Source: an uncultured Roseburia sp.
Lineage (GTDB): Bacteria > Bacillota > Clostridia > Lachnospirales > Lachnospiraceae
Length of the DNA: 56,836 nt
Reading direction: 5' to 3'
Assembly: GCA_944375975.1 (NCBI GenBank)
Contig: CALWBG010000001.1
Span: 1 to 56,836, forward strand
In this document: piece after piece, positions 38,528 to 48,993 of the stretch
Layout of the letters: every line of letters starts with the position of its first letter
Position numbering within the stretch: position 1 is the first letter of the stretch
Notes under the pieces: model-generated
The model's database searches: none
Seen by the model: only the letters and a program-made list of their open reading frames with translations
What the model was told of the DNA's origin: nothing
Made by a program: the position numbers and the translations under genes

Positions 38528-39589
38528 TCAACATTTTTGAGATTTTCTGTGGTACAAAACAAGTGTCGTAAGAAATCCAGTCACAATACCTCCTATATGG
38601 CTCCAATTATCCACTCCAATCGTGGAAAATCCATAATACAGACTGAGTGCAGCCATCAAAACCAGTCCCCTTGTCGTGAGTCCCTCAAATCTTCCGCGAT
38701 GTACAATCACCGCCCACAAAAGACCTCCAATTGTGCCGAACACCGCGCCGGATGCCCCCGCTGCCACCGCGTAATCTCCGGTGAAAACCATGGCGGCCAG
38801 AGACAAAAGTCCCCCGCCGATTCCCGAGAGCAGATAAATCACCACAAGCTTCCAGTGTCCGACCGCCCGCTCCAGACGGGAACCGATACAACAGAATATT
38901 ACCATATTATTTACAAGGTGCGGCAGCCCGAAATGGATAAACATAGAGGTCAGTATCCTCCACCATTGACGGTCATAAATAATAAATGCGGGATACATGC
39001 CTCCGTGAGCGGCAATAAACAAACCGTCTTCTGTGTCACCCAATATTTCGAGCACAATATATACAATCAGATTGATTACAGCGATAACAATCGTAGCAAA
39101 GGGGAGTGCTTTTATTTTTATTCCCCTGCTTCTCTTTGCAGCCGGGGGCTTCTGCCGATTCGTACCGCCCGCATCAAGCCCCTCAAGCACTCTGCGCAGT
39201 CCCCAAAAATCACCGGGCTGATTTTCATACATAATAAGTTTCTGCTCTGTGGGCCGGTAAACCCATATATTCCGGCATGCACTGCATATTTCCCTCGCTG
39301 CTTCAGCACTCCCGCCGATAAGCAGCGTAAGCGGCTCCACATGATAAACCGGAAACCCTTCCGGGAAATCTGCAAGTCTGCCCTGCGGATGGTAAAACAA
39401 ATCCAGCACCCGATTTTCCAATATCCGTTGCTGTTCGGCTGTCATTTGATAACCATGCTCCAAATCCACGGTCATGACCACATGGAAACCTTCCTGATAA
39501 TATTTATAAAAAACCTCCACCTCATCGGGCTGTACCCTGCAAAGACGGTACCCCTGCCCAAACAGGACCTGTTCTATTTCTTCTCGCAT
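38528..39589 (-). CDS. Rhomboid intramembrane serine protease
   Basis: WWRILTSMFIH...HLVNN, GASG, HIGG. Confidence 0.92.
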   Translation of the reverse strand: MREEIEQVLFGQGYRLCRVQPDEVEVFYKYYQEGFHVVMTVDLEHGYQMTAEQQRILENRVLDLFYHPQGRLADFPEGFPVYHVEPLTLLIGGSAEAAREICSACRNIWVYRPTEQKLIMYENQPGDFWGLRRVLEGLDAGGTNRQKPPAAKRSRGIKIKALPFATIVIAVINLIVYIVLEILGDTEDGLFIAAHGGMYPAFIIYDRQWWRILTSMFIHFGLPHLVNNMVIFCCIGSRLERAVGHWKLVVIYLLSGIGGGLLSLAAMVFTGDYAVAAGASGAVFGTIGGLLWAVIVHRGRFEGLTTRGLVLMAALSLYYGFSTIGVDNWSHIGGIVTGFLTTLVLYHRKSQKC

Positions 39590-39687
39590 ATGTCCGCATT
39601 TCTCCGGTTCTTTTTACATTATTCTGTCAATATGGTTATTATAGAGTTTCTCCTATCAGAATGCAAACATACTTCCTGCCGATTTTC

Positions 39688-40860
39688 TTAAATAAATCTA
39701 AACTTTTCATCTGCAAATGCAACGGTTTCATTCGATGTGAGGCTCATTCGAATGCGGCAGTTAATCAATTCCCCTCCGACAAAGGTGCCGTTGGTTGAAT
39801 TCAAATCTTCTATAAAATAGATTTCACCTTTCTTTGTAATTCTTGCATGTCTGCGGCTTACCGTGTCGCTGTTTAATATCCCGTCACACGCCGCATCACT
39901 TCCGATGACATACGGCGTATGATCTATTTTCAGTTCCCCGCAGCAGCCGTTTCCCTCATATTTGAGGATTCCCAGCGGATGATTTGTAATTTCCGAAAGC
40001 AAAACTGTAGGATGCTGTTGCCGCTGCATTTCACTCTCAGTTTCCGGCTCAAACACAAACGGTTCCTCCCTGCGCTTTTTCGGTATGAGGCTCTTACGCC
40101 CTTTCCTCTGTTCCTCCGTGGCAGGAAGCTTTGCTTTTATCAATTTTTTTATGATTTGTGCAAGCGTCATTCCTGCTCTTTTTAAACTGATTGTTTTTTC
40201 ATCCTGAAGGTCCTTCGGCATTTCCACCTCACAATTCCTTATGTCCTCCCTCTCCCGCAGAGCAACCGGATTCGCGTCACAGCTTTTATCCTGACAGATT
40301 TCCGTTTCATCCGTGCGGCAACCCTGCCGCAGCGCACGGTAAATATCTGTCATACAGTATCCGTCCATACCGGTATATTCATATAGCTGATATGCACTTT
40401 CAACTACCCTTCTGTCCCCATGATTTAATTTTGTCAGCAAATACTCCAGCAGCCTGTGAAACGACTCCTTTAGAGGGACTTCATTTCCCGGATAATAGCA
40501 AAAGCTGATTTTTCCCGTCCGGTTTTCCAAAAAAATACATTCCGGCTCCAAAAGCAGTCCATCCGGTGAAAGTAATAGTTCCTCCGCTTTTTTTACCGCT
40601 CCCGTCAGCGCCATGCAGAGCGCTTCCAGAAGTTCATATTTTAATTCTGCCAAATCCACAATAACATCCAGCGCCTGCCTTCCCGTAATGTCATACCAAA
40701 GGTAGCATTTCCCGTTTTCGCTCACATAATCAGGCGCAAGCAACTCATCCGTCCTGTTTTCCTCCAGCATCCTGCGCTCCCACGCCTGCTGGCCTTCTGT
40801 CTGCTCAATTACCATATGGCTCGCGTTAAAATTTCTGTTATACCTAATCTCCTTCATCAA
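39688..40860 (-). CDS. FHA-domain protein (DUF6382-like N-terminus), last gene of the Tad locus
   Basis: C-terminal IGS...VSRRHA...DLNSTNGTFV FHA motif. Confidence 0.85.
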   Translation of the reverse strand: MMKEIRYNRNFNASHMVIEQTEGQQAWERRMLEENRTDELLAPDYVSENGKCYLWYDITGRQALDVIVDLAELKYELLEALCMALTGAVKKAEELLLSPDGLLLEPECIFLENRTGKISFCYYPGNEVPLKESFHRLLEYLLTKLNHGDRRVVESAYQLYEYTGMDGYCMTDIYRALRQGCRTDETEICQDKSCDANPVALREREDIRNCEVEMPKDLQDEKTISLKRAGMTLAQIIKKLIKAKLPATEEQRKGRKSLIPKKRREEPFVFEPETESEMQRQQHPTVLLSEITNHPLGILKYEGNGCCGELKIDHTPYVIGSDAACDGILNSDTVSRRHARITKKGEIYFIEDLNSTNGTFVGGELINCRIRMSLTSNETVAFADEKFRFI

Positions 40861-41056
40861 ACATTTCTCCTAACCGCTCTGTTTGCCGAAACATTTCCAG
40901 TATCGGCAGTTCCTCCCTTTTTTGTATCTCTGCCGCCAATGCTTCTGTTTCCGTAAAAAGCTCGATTCCGATATGCATAGCGGCGGCAAGCAGGATTAAT
41001 ACCATCGGCATAATCACAGCCGCTTCCACCGTCAGCGCCGCATTCCACCGTCTCAT
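40844..41056 (-). CDS. TadE-like minor pilin
   Basis: ALTVEAAVIMPMVLILL prepilin-like motif; ATGA overlap with the upstream gene. Confidence 0.75.
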   Translation of the reverse strand: MRRWNAALTVEAAVIMPMVLILLAAAMHIGIELFTETEALAAEIQKREELPILEMFRQTERLGEMFDEGD

Positions 41057-41472
41057 CCACCCAACAGGACGACCAGATAGCCCGCCAGCAAATACGGGGC
41101 AAACGGGATTCTGTACGTCCTCTCCTTTCTTTTCATTACTATCAAAAACAATGCCGCCATACCACATAACAACAGTGCGGCAAAAAATAACTCAAGATTC
41201 TTTTCTGCTCCGAGGAAAACCCCGCTCACCATAAGCAGCAGGCCGTCGCCTCTTCCGATACTTTCCCTGGTGATAAATGAAAGCAAAAGTATCATGCCGC
41301 CGATTCCGGCTCCAAGAAGCATATCCATTCCGTTCCCCGGAGCGCTACATAACAGAAAAATTCCGCCCAAAAGCCCTGATGCCGCCAGGAAGGGAAAGCA
41401 GACTGTCCTGCTTTTACAATCCTGGTATGCCGATATGCCAAGAATACCGAGCAACACTGCCTGTTGTATCAT
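41053..41472 (-). CDS. A24-family prepilin peptidase
   Basis: SAYQD, IGRGD, IPFAPYL. Confidence 0.85.
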   Translation of the reverse strand: MIQQAVLLGILGISAYQDCKSRTVCFPFLAASGLLGGIFLLCSAPGNGMDMLLGAGIGGMILLLSFITRESIGRGDGLLLMVSGVFLGAEKNLELFFAALLLCGMAALFLIVMKRKERTYRIPFAPYLLAGYLVVLLGG

Positions 41473-42365
41473 TTTCCTTTTCCTCCACATTTACTGCAAG
41501 GCAGGCGGCCGCCCGCCTCAGAAAGCCGTACCATCAAAACCGTGCGTTTAATCCCGCTGCAATTCAGACGGACATGGTAACGCTCTCCCTGGTTTGTGAT
41601 GTAAACAATTTGATTATTGTTTATTTTTTCCGCGCAAATTTCACATGCGTAGTATTTATTTCCATTTTCGCTGCGCAGCATACTTAGCGTCTCATAATCC
41701 GTCTGCCTGACCGTAAGCTTAATATGGCTGCATTCCTTTGATGTATGATAGACCGTACCCGTCTCCGTAATGTATACCCACGTATTTTCATTGTCTTCCG
41801 CTCCCGCGGACTGCCAGCCTGTCCATTTTCTGCACTGTACACACTGCTTCATTCGGATTTGTTGTTTCCCAAGCAGTCCCACCGGGAGAAGCACCGTATA
41901 ATCAGCCTTCAGTTTTATGAAGTCTCCTTCAAATTCCGAGTTCAAAATACTAATTCCTGCCGCTTTATTTTTGATAAAGCGGCATATATTTTCGCTGTTA
42001 TTTAATTCTTTCATGAATAAAACCTTAGCAGACGCTATGTTTATCTCCGCACTGTCCGCGGCAGCATATACGGCAAGCGTTCTCCCCGTTTCGTCCAATG
42101 CCCGCTGTACCTCCAGTTCTATTTGCAGAACGCGGAAAAAAAACAGAATACTGACAAAAAAACATGCGAGCAGCGGAAGGATAACTGCGGCCTCCAATGT
42201 AAAAAACGCTGTAAAACGGGTACATTGCGGTGCCTCCCCGGTTTGGAATGGCACGGGAAAATACCTTCGGACGCAGCCGTCCCGGGGGAGAGATTTTTTT
42301 ATTTTATTTTGTTTTATCATTTGACCTTCCAAGCCAAGAGACACCGCGATGCACCCGCCTTTCAT
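41469..42365 (-). CDS. TadE-like pilin with Cys-rich C-terminal domains (start uncertain)
   Basis: FTLEAAVILPL; twice VYIT..G..YH...C...C..C. Confidence 0.75.
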   Translation of the reverse strand: MKGGCIAVSLGLEGQMIKQNKIKKSLPRDGCVRRYFPVPFQTGEAPQCTRFTAFFTLEAAVILPLLACFFVSILFFFRVLQIELEVQRALDETGRTLAVYAAADSAEINIASAKVLFMKELNNSENICRFIKNKAAGISILNSEFEGDFIKLKADYTVLLPVGLLGKQQIRMKQCVQCRKWTGWQSAGAEDNENTWVYITETGTVYHTSKECSHIKLTVRQTDYETLSMLRSENGNKYYACEICAEKINNNQIVYITNQGERYHVRLNCSGIKRTVLMVRLSEAGGRLPCSKCGGKGK

Positions 42366-43885
42366 TCCATATAACTGAATTGTTTTTCTGTTTCAAACAC
42401 ATATCCCGCAGGCTTTCCCCTGCCTATGGATGCCAAACCGGAAAACAACGGCCTTGTTTCATAGCTGTAAGCATAACTGAGACTGCCTATCATAAAATCC
42501 ATGCGAAAATTCGCATATTCCGGTACTTTTCTGATTGCCCATTCCATGACATCCATCATCCGGTATGCCAGCTTCCCCGTCTTCATTCCAAACAAAAACA
42601 GCTTTAAATAGGTTTGATACGAGAAGCCGTTGTCACACTCCTTTGCCCTCGCATGATTTTGCAGCGCACCTGCGAGGTTTCCGGTATCCGCCGTCCACTG
42701 CTGCCCGTTTTTGAGCAGGGCTATTTTCCCTCCTGCCAACAGCGTTCTTACATCCAGTATACTTTCCACATATGCCCATGCCGCTACAATTCCAATCTGC
42801 ACGATTTTAATTACCACCGGATTCCCGCTAAATCCCGCCAGAGCCGTTGCAATTGTTAATGCTTCACTTAATTTTTGTCTATTGCTCAAAATATGCGTGA
42901 CATTTGCAACCTCCCGCAGAAATAAAAGACGATTAACGGCGCCTTCCAGATTATCCCGGTCGCTGTCTTTGCCGCAGAGCACATATTCCATCTCGTACGA
43001 CAGTGCCCCCTCCGTCTTTGGTTCGGTATAGTCGCAAAAGCATTCGTCCAGATATTCCAGTATGAGTACCCTGTCCTTCCAGTCCAAACGCACAGTCTCA
43101 CTTCCGGTACCCGTACCCTTTTGCCTCTGTCTTTTTGATACGGACTCCTTTAGACTGACCTGGTTGGAGGAGAGCTCGGAAATATCCTCTACAACCATTC
43201 CCAATATGGCGTTTTCCTTCAGCGCAAGTACCAGTTCTAACGGATTTTCTACTTCCCCTTCTGTCTCCTGTGCGGCGATGTCCTCCTGTCCGCCCCCGCT
43301 TTCCTCCGCGGGTATCTCATCCGGCAGAGCGTCCTGCTCCTTACTCTGTTCTGCCTCCTTTGCCTCCCGCAGCGCCCGGTCGGCGTCCTCCACGCTGTAT
43401 TCCGCACCCTCGCTCTCCTCTACCTGCGTTCCCTCCTGATAGTTATCGTAGAGCTCCTTCATGACTCTTTCCGGCAGGCTTTTCTTCATATAAAGCGCCG
43501 CCTGCTTTAAAAATGCCGCGCCGTCACCGTCTGCTGCAAGCGTATATTCCCGCGGCTGTACCTGCACAAATTGCAGATGTAAAAGATTGCTTCCGCCATC
43601 CGGTTTTGCAAGATTTTCCGTAACCCTCTGTTCCATCCGCTCCGTAACATTTTCCATGGAAAAATTATCTGTCCCGTACGCCCCGTCAAGATACAGCAGA
43701 TGGTATTGTTCCCACAGTCCCGGCTGGTACTCTGCACAGACCGACTCCATCCCGATGCGTGACACCAGCGCGGCACAGGTCTCCAATCCCCGGACCCGCG
43801 CCGCCTCCAGCAGCGCAAACAGAAACGATGCCGTCAGCATCAGGCTTAACGCCGCAAAAACCGTTATATTTGCACGTATTTTCAT
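42362..43885 (-). CDS. Tad-associated protein (DUF5702-like)
   Basis: ANITVFAALSL prepilin-like N-terminus; YEMEYVLCGKDSD. Confidence 0.75.
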   Translation of the reverse strand: MKIRANITVFAALSLMLTASFLFALLEAARVRGLETCAALVSRIGMESVCAEYQPGLWEQYHLLYLDGAYGTDNFSMENVTERMEQRVTENLAKPDGGSNLLHLQFVQVQPREYTLAADGDGAAFLKQAALYMKKSLPERVMKELYDNYQEGTQVEESEGAEYSVEDADRALREAKEAEQSKEQDALPDEIPAEESGGGQEDIAAQETEGEVENPLELVLALKENAILGMVVEDISELSSNQVSLKESVSKRQRQKGTGTGSETVRLDWKDRVLILEYLDECFCDYTEPKTEGALSYEMEYVLCGKDSDRDNLEGAVNRLLFLREVANVTHILSNRQKLSEALTIATALAGFSGNPVVIKIVQIGIVAAWAYVESILDVRTLLAGGKIALLKNGQQWTADTGNLAGALQNHARAKECDNGFSYQTYLKLFLFGMKTGKLAYRMMDVMEWAIRKVPEYANFRMDFMIGSLSYAYSYETRPLFSGLASIGRGKPAGYVFETEKQFSYME

Positions 43886-44055
43886 TTTATAATTTTTCCT
43901 GCATCCGTATTGATTTTCTTAAAAATATCTGTGGTCAATGTGGTCAGCTTGCTCTTAAATATAATGACAAGCCCGATCACAATTACCAAAATCAAGATAA
44001 TTTCAACTACCGCAATTCCATCTTCTTCATAAATAAATTCACGAATTCCTCTCAT
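43882..44055 (-). CDS. flp: Flp1-family type IVb pilin (57 aa), not in the ORF track
   Basis: MRGIREFIYEEDG|IAVVEIILILVIVIGLVIIFK...; GAGG RBS; G|xxxxE processing motif. Confidence 0.9.
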   Translation of the reverse strand: MRGIREFIYEEDGIAVVEIILILVIVIGLVIIFKSKLTTLTTDIFKKINTDAGKIIK

Positions 44056-44162
44056 ATTTTACCTCATTTCTGCGCCGCTTTTCACAACACCATAGATTGC
44101 TTACAAGCTTGCCCTCAAGCAGCGCGCAGACACAAACTTGCAAGTGAAAAATTTATTTTCCG

Positions 44163-45443
44163 TTAAATCTGAAATGAACTGATTGCCGGCACCAACAGGA
44201 TTACCATAATTACGCCCAACATCACGAGCATCGGAAACATCAGCTTAGCCCCCGCCTCCTCGCCGTATTTTCTCGCCATGCCTTTGCGTTCCTCAAAGGC
44301 ATCCTCAGCCTCTTTTTCCAACAGCCCCACTAATCCGTTTGTTCCCTTTCTCAAATTTTGGGCAAGCATATTTCCCAGCTTTCGGTATCTGATGCCACCG
44401 CACCGCTCGCCGAAACGCTCATACGCCCGTTCCTCTCCAACCCCTCCCTGAACCTCATAACAGGTTTTCAGCACCTCCTCATACACGATGTGAGGTTTAA
44501 CCGTATTCTTTTTCCGCTCTTTGCTGTAATTTGATGCAATTTTATTCCATGCTGCCCACAGTGTCATTCCTGCGCCCATCAACAGCACCAGATTGCCAAG
44601 CAGCTCAGGATATTCCCGCGCCAGCTCACGTTCACGCTTTTTCTTTGCTTCCTTTTGTCTTGAATTTTCCAACAGCGGAAGAAGCACCGTTACACAAGCT
44701 CCGAGCAGCAATATTTTTTCCGGCAGATATTCCGGCTTTTCACTCCATGCAAGCGTCTGTTTTCCCATGTGATCGGGCAGCTTAAGCTTACGGCTTCCTT
44801 CCTCCGTCTCCTGTTCCTGTAAATAATCTTCCACCTCCTTTAGCAGGAGCTCACTCTGGTCAAGTTGCTTTGGCAGAACGCGAAAGGAGAATTCATACCG
44901 AAATGCCGAGGTTTCGCAGCTTAAATTCACCGAGGCGGTAACCACGGTTCCCTTCTCCGGCAGTTCCGCGTCTATTACATGTCCCTGTAAATCCATTACA
45001 TCATAATTATCAAATTCCCATTCCGCCGCCACCTTTCCGTCCTGATAGGAGTCACGGATAAGAACCGCCTCCCGTATATTTTCGCTGTCCTCATTATCTC
45101 CCGGAAATTCCGCGTCGATTTCCCGCTTTGCCGCCTCAAGAAGCTGCTTTTCCTCCTCCTTTGTAAGCTGCGCCTCGGGAACTGTTACCGTAAGACTGTA
45201 ATCCTTAAGAAGCTCCCCGGCATTGACCTGCAGCTTTGCTTCATAGCTTCCGCCTCCGTTTTTATTCCGTTCAAGATACCTCCCGTCCAGGAGCGTCCTC
45301 TCCTGCGATGCCCCCGCGGCAAGCCCGAGTGCTGCCATCACCATCATTGTAAGCAGCATTCTTCGTCCCGTAAGTGTCAGCCGCTTCCGTACCGCCAGCC
45401 ATATGACAAAACCCGCCGCCAGCACAACCGTACATAAAACCAT
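44163..45443 (-). CDS. tadC: TadC-like (T2SSF) pilus assembly protein
   Basis: LVLLMGAGMTL, AYERFGERCG, GEEAGAKLMFPM. Confidence 0.8.
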   Translation of the reverse strand: MVLCTVVLAAGFVIWLAVRKRLTLTGRRMLLTMMVMAALGLAAGASQERTLLDGRYLERNKNGGGSYEAKLQVNAGELLKDYSLTVTVPEAQLTKEEEKQLLEAAKREIDAEFPGDNEDSENIREAVLIRDSYQDGKVAAEWEFDNYDVMDLQGHVIDAELPEKGTVVTASVNLSCETSAFRYEFSFRVLPKQLDQSELLLKEVEDYLQEQETEEGSRKLKLPDHMGKQTLAWSEKPEYLPEKILLLGACVTVLLPLLENSRQKEAKKKRERELAREYPELLGNLVLLMGAGMTLWAAWNKIASNYSKERKKNTVKPHIVYEEVLKTCYEVQGGVGEERAYERFGERCGGIRYRKLGNMLAQNLRKGTNGLVGLLEKEAEDAFEERKGMARKYGEEAGAKLMFPMLVMLGVIMVILLVPAISSFQI

Positions 45444-45454
45444 GTATGCCCCTC

Positions 45455-46204
45455 CTACACCCTGATATCTGTAATGTGCTCGGAGATTACCACAGACACT
45501 GCAAATGTAAGGAGCGCCCCGCTCATTACCAAAATACCGGTCAGATTGCCATACAAAGCGTCAATAAACTCTCCGGAGGCGAGATTTAAGTATGCCAAAA
45601 TAACAAACGGCATGATATTCATGATTCTTCCCTCGAGCTTTTTCCCCGCCACTACCGTCGCAATCTCCCGTTCCACTTCGATTTTTCCGGAAATCCTCCC
45701 GATTGTGGCACGGATAATCTTCACAAAATCCCCCCCGCTTCTTTTGGCAAACGAAAATATTCCGGCAAAATTTTCTATATCCTCACAGCCGCTGCGCCCG
45801 GCGAACTCCAGCAAAAGCTCCTCCACCGGTCTGTTCATGCCGATTTCTGTATTCATTTTTCGAAATTCCATTGTCATCATCGCCTCCCTGCCATGCAGCG
45901 CCGCAAGCTCTCGCTCCGCCGCGCGCCATGCGTTTTCTACCGAGCTTCCCGCCAGAAGCGACGCCGAAACCGCCTGCATACCATCCGCAAACTCTCCCAG
46001 AAGCCTTGCCCGTCTTTTTTTGCCCTGTTCCTTTTGATACCACCTCCCATATAAGAGACAGATAGGAAGCGCAAGCACCATACCATACCGGGAGCGATAG
46101 AACAGCCAGGAAACTGCCGCTGCCGCCAGCGTGCTCACTCCAAAGCACCACAGCCATTCCACGGGGCCGCAGCGATATTTCCTATAATCTGTCCCCTGCT
46201 CCAA
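45455..46204 (-). CDS. tadB: TadB-like (T2SSF) pilus assembly protein (start uncertain)
   Basis: SLLAGSSVENA, FAGRSGCEDI, AKRSGGD. Confidence 0.8.
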   Translation of the reverse strand: MEQGTDYRKYRCGPVEWLWCFGVSTLAAAAVSWLFYRSRYGMVLALPICLLYGRWYQKEQGKKRRARLLGEFADGMQAVSASLLAGSSVENAWRAAERELAALHGREAMMTMEFRKMNTEIGMNRPVEELLLEFAGRSGCEDIENFAGIFSFAKRSGGDFVKIIRATIGRISGKIEVEREIATVVAGKKLEGRIMNIMPFVILAYLNLASGEFIDALYGNLTGILVMSGALLTFAVSVVISEHITDIRV

Positions 46205-47432
46205 ATCCCTGTAAGCCTGCCCGGATGCATTTTTCCCGGCGTATAAGCCTCCCGACCCGGCAAAGTTCTCCACAAACTTTTTCACTGCCGCCCTCCTTTT
46301 CCACAAAACGAAACAATTCATTTAACAATATCTCGCCGTCCTTCATACCCGTAACCTCCGTGATACTGAGTACTCTTCGGCTTTTATCCCGCAGCCTGCC
46401 CAAATGCACGAGAATATCCAGCCCCGAAGCAATCTGGCTGCGTATTGCCGAAAGCGGAAGCTCCATCCCCATCAGCACCATCGTCTCCAGCCGGTTTAAC
46501 ATATCCCGGCAGGAATTGGCATGTCCCGTAGACAGGCTTCCGTCATGCCCCGTATTCATCGCCTGCAGCATATCCAGTGCCTCGGCTCCACGGCATTCCC
46601 CGACGATAATACGCTCCGGCCGCATACGCAGCGCCGTCTTTATCAAATCCCGTATAGTAATCGGCAGAACCCCTTCCATCACTGCATTCCTTGTTTCCAG
46701 CCGTACCAGATTAGGCTTGTCCACAAGCTGCAGCTCGGCGGAATCCTCAATCGTAATAATACGCTCCTCCCTTGGAATATACTGTGAAAGCGCATTTAGA
46801 AACGTAGTCTTTCCTGAACCTGTCCCACCGGATATAAAGATGTTATATCCCGCTTTTACCAGCATCTCTAAAAACGCTGCCCCCTCGGATGAAATCGAAC
46901 TCATGCGGATTAAATCCTGCATAAGAATCGGATGCGCCGGAAACTTTCGGATGGATACGGCGGCTCCGTCGATGGAAATCGGTTCCAGTACAATATTAAC
47001 GCGCGAACCGTCCGGCAGCCTGGTATCCACGATTGGCGAAGCCTCATTTACCATTCGATTGCTGCCGCCCACAATCTGCTGGATAATGTCGTTTAGCTTT
47101 TCCACGGATGAAAACTTTGCCTGCGAGCGGTAGAGTCTTCCTCCTTTTTCGTAAAATATGGTATCAGCTCCGTTGACCATGATTTCGGTAATCTCCGTAT
47201 CCTCCAACAGTTCCTGCAACACATCGAACTTTCGAAGTGAATTAAACAGCGTCTGCTCTAAAACACCCCGTTCCTCCATTGAAAGCAGACTTTCCCTCGT
47301 ATAAGCCGCGACACTTTCTTCCACAAAATGCCGCACTTCCTCATCCGATGGTTCTTTTGTAAAATCCAGCTCTTTAAGCACCTGCTCCCTCAGCCGGGAG
47401 AGCGTTCCATTATCCCATCTGTCTTCCGCCAT
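46182..47432 (-). CDS. cpaF: CpaF/TadA pilus assembly ATPase
   Basis: GGTGSGKTT, IEDSAEL, LRMRPERIIVGECRG, MNTGH. Confidence 0.93.
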   Translation of the reverse strand: MAEDRWDNGTLSRLREQVLKELDFTKEPSDEEVRHFVEESVAAYTRESLLSMEERGVLEQTLFNSLRKFDVLQELLEDTEITEIMVNGADTIFYEKGGRLYRSQAKFSSVEKLNDIIQQIVGGSNRMVNEASPIVDTRLPDGSRVNIVLEPISIDGAAVSIRKFPAHPILMQDLIRMSSISSEGAAFLEMLVKAGYNIFISGGTGSGKTTFLNALSQYIPREERIITIEDSAELQLVDKPNLVRLETRNAVMEGVLPITIRDLIKTALRMRPERIIVGECRGAEALDMLQAMNTGHDGSLSTGHANSCRDMLNRLETMVLMGMELPLSAIRSQIASGLDILVHLGRLRDKSRRVLSITEVTGMKDGEILLNELFRFVEKEGGSEKVCGELCRVGRLIRREKCIRAGLQGFGAGDRL

Positions 47433-48474
47433 ACTGGGTTCCCTCCAGATACGTTCTCACATAATCTCCAAATTCACTCCATGCGAGCTGTTCCAGTACG
47501 TCACCGCCAAAGCGGATTCCCCTGGCCGAAAACGGCAAATCCAAAAACTGTACCGCGTTTTTTAGCTCCTCCGCCCCTGCCTTTGTCAGGTAGGAGAGAA
47601 AGCTTTCCTTTTGACACTCATAAAAATACCCCTCCTTTACCGGAGCATACACCGTGCTGCACATACCGAGCATTTTGGACAGCGGGTGCACCCCGTCCCC
47701 AAAATCTATAACGACTGCCTCAAAATTGGACTGTACCCCGGCAAATAATAAAAGCTCCCGCAAGTCACCGGGCGTAAGCTCGCCAAGCTGCTCAGGATTA
47801 AAAAACGGAGGAATATAACCAATGCCGCTGTTTTCATAAACACTCTTTTGAAAAGCCTCTTTGAGCCTTCCCTTTCGGAGTGCAAACAAAAGATCTCCCA
47901 TGTCATGCTCCCCCGAAAAATGAAACGCTTCCGAAAAGCCGGACTGTTCCGTAAGATTCAGATAAAGAACCCGGCTTCTCTTTGCCAGTACGGACGAGAG
48001 CATGAGGGAAAACGGCACCTGCATTTCATGTCTGATTGGTGAATATACACCTACCACTTCCAACCCCGGCTCGGACACTGCTCCTGTCCCCGGTGCCCCC
48101 GATATTCCCTCTGTAAGCGCCTGCATTTCATGTAAAATGACGCCCATCGGCTGGTATTTCCAAACAAGAACAGCACTTTGCCCCGTCGTTTCTCCTGCCT
48201 CCTGTGTCGGCGCTTCCTCCAACAACCGAAGCGTCGGAAGACGCTTTTGCAGCAATACTCCCTCCACGGCTTCAAAACCGCCGCCAAGCACTACCGCGTC
48301 AAAAACCGTTTTCTCAGTCTCCCGCAAAAACACGTCAGGCTCAAAAAACGCGTGCACTGATATTTCCTTTGCCTTATGCTCCATCAAATAAGTCACAAAT
48401 CTGCCGCCATACAGCCTGTCCGTATCGCAGAACGCAATGACAAGCTTACGCAATGCCCCACCCCCAGACCACAA
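47410..48474 (-). CDS. CpaE/TadZ-like protein with degenerate receiver and MinD-like domains
   Basis: IAFCDTD...VWKYQP; VVGVYSPI with a degenerate P-loop; VLYLNL; VVIDFG. Confidence 0.7.
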   Translation of the reverse strand: MWSGGGALRKLVIAFCDTDRLYGGRFVTYLMEHKAKEISVHAFFEPDVFLRETEKTVFDAVVLGGGFEAVEGVLLQKRLPTLRLLEEAPTQEAGETTGQSAVLVWKYQPMGVILHEMQALTEGISGAPGTGAVSEPGLEVVGVYSPIRHEMQVPFSLMLSSVLAKRSRVLYLNLTEQSGFSEAFHFSGEHDMGDLLFALRKGRLKEAFQKSVYENSGIGYIPPFFNPEQLGELTPGDLRELLLFAGVQSNFEAVVIDFGDGVHPLSKMLGMCSTVYAPVKEGYFYECQKESFLSYLTKAGAEELKNAVQFLDLPFSARGIRFGGDVLEQLAWSEFGDYVRTYLEGTQYGGRQMG

Positions 48475-48874
48475 TAAGATAACCGATAAAAATTGCCGTT
48501 GAAAAATGCATCAATGTCCTTGTTCCGAATGCATACCCCACAGTCAGCGCTGTATAAACGAGCTTAACGCCCCCGATGACCGCCGCAGCCGCAAATGCCG
48601 CCGGTATCAGATAAAATAACTGTGTAGTTGTCAAAAAACCTCCTGCAACGGAAAATAGCTTGATATCTCCTGCGCCGAGTATGCGCAACTGAAATAAAAG
48701 AAATAGTAAGATAACCGGAATAGATATGTTCACCAGAAAATGAACCGCACCCGCACCCCCTTCTTCCATCAGACGGAATGCCAGGCCCCAAACAAGTCCG
48801 GAAATAATCAGCCGGTTACTGATTGTTCCGCTCTTTGTATCCATTACTGCCGCTATTGAGAGAAACGACAGCAA
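48446..48874 (-). CDS. A24-family prepilin peptidase (CpaA-like)
   Basis: AVMD...ISN, LGAGDIKL; the true start may be displaced by a G-run indel at 48892-48895. Confidence 0.85.
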   Translation of the reverse strand: MLSFLSIAAVMDTKSGTISNRLIISGLVWGLAFRLMEEGGAGAVHFLVNISIPVILLFLLFQLRILGAGDIKLFSVAGGFLTTTQLFYLIPAAFAAAAVIGGVKLVYTALTVGYAFGTRTLMHFSTAIFIGYLIVVWGWGIA

Positions 48875-48993
48875 TGTAAGATTCGCAAGTTCCCCAACTC
48901 ATCACCTCTTTCGTATTTGGTAAATCGAATTATAACAGCGCCATCTACATTTGTCTATACTTCCACATAAAACAGCATTTTTTTGTCAATTTC

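Noticed and set aside
38537-39691. Long antisense ORFs (384 aa here; also 46225-47133, 33642-34451, 26064-26768)
   Set aside because: Shadow frames of well-supported genes on the opposite strand, with no motifs or RBS.
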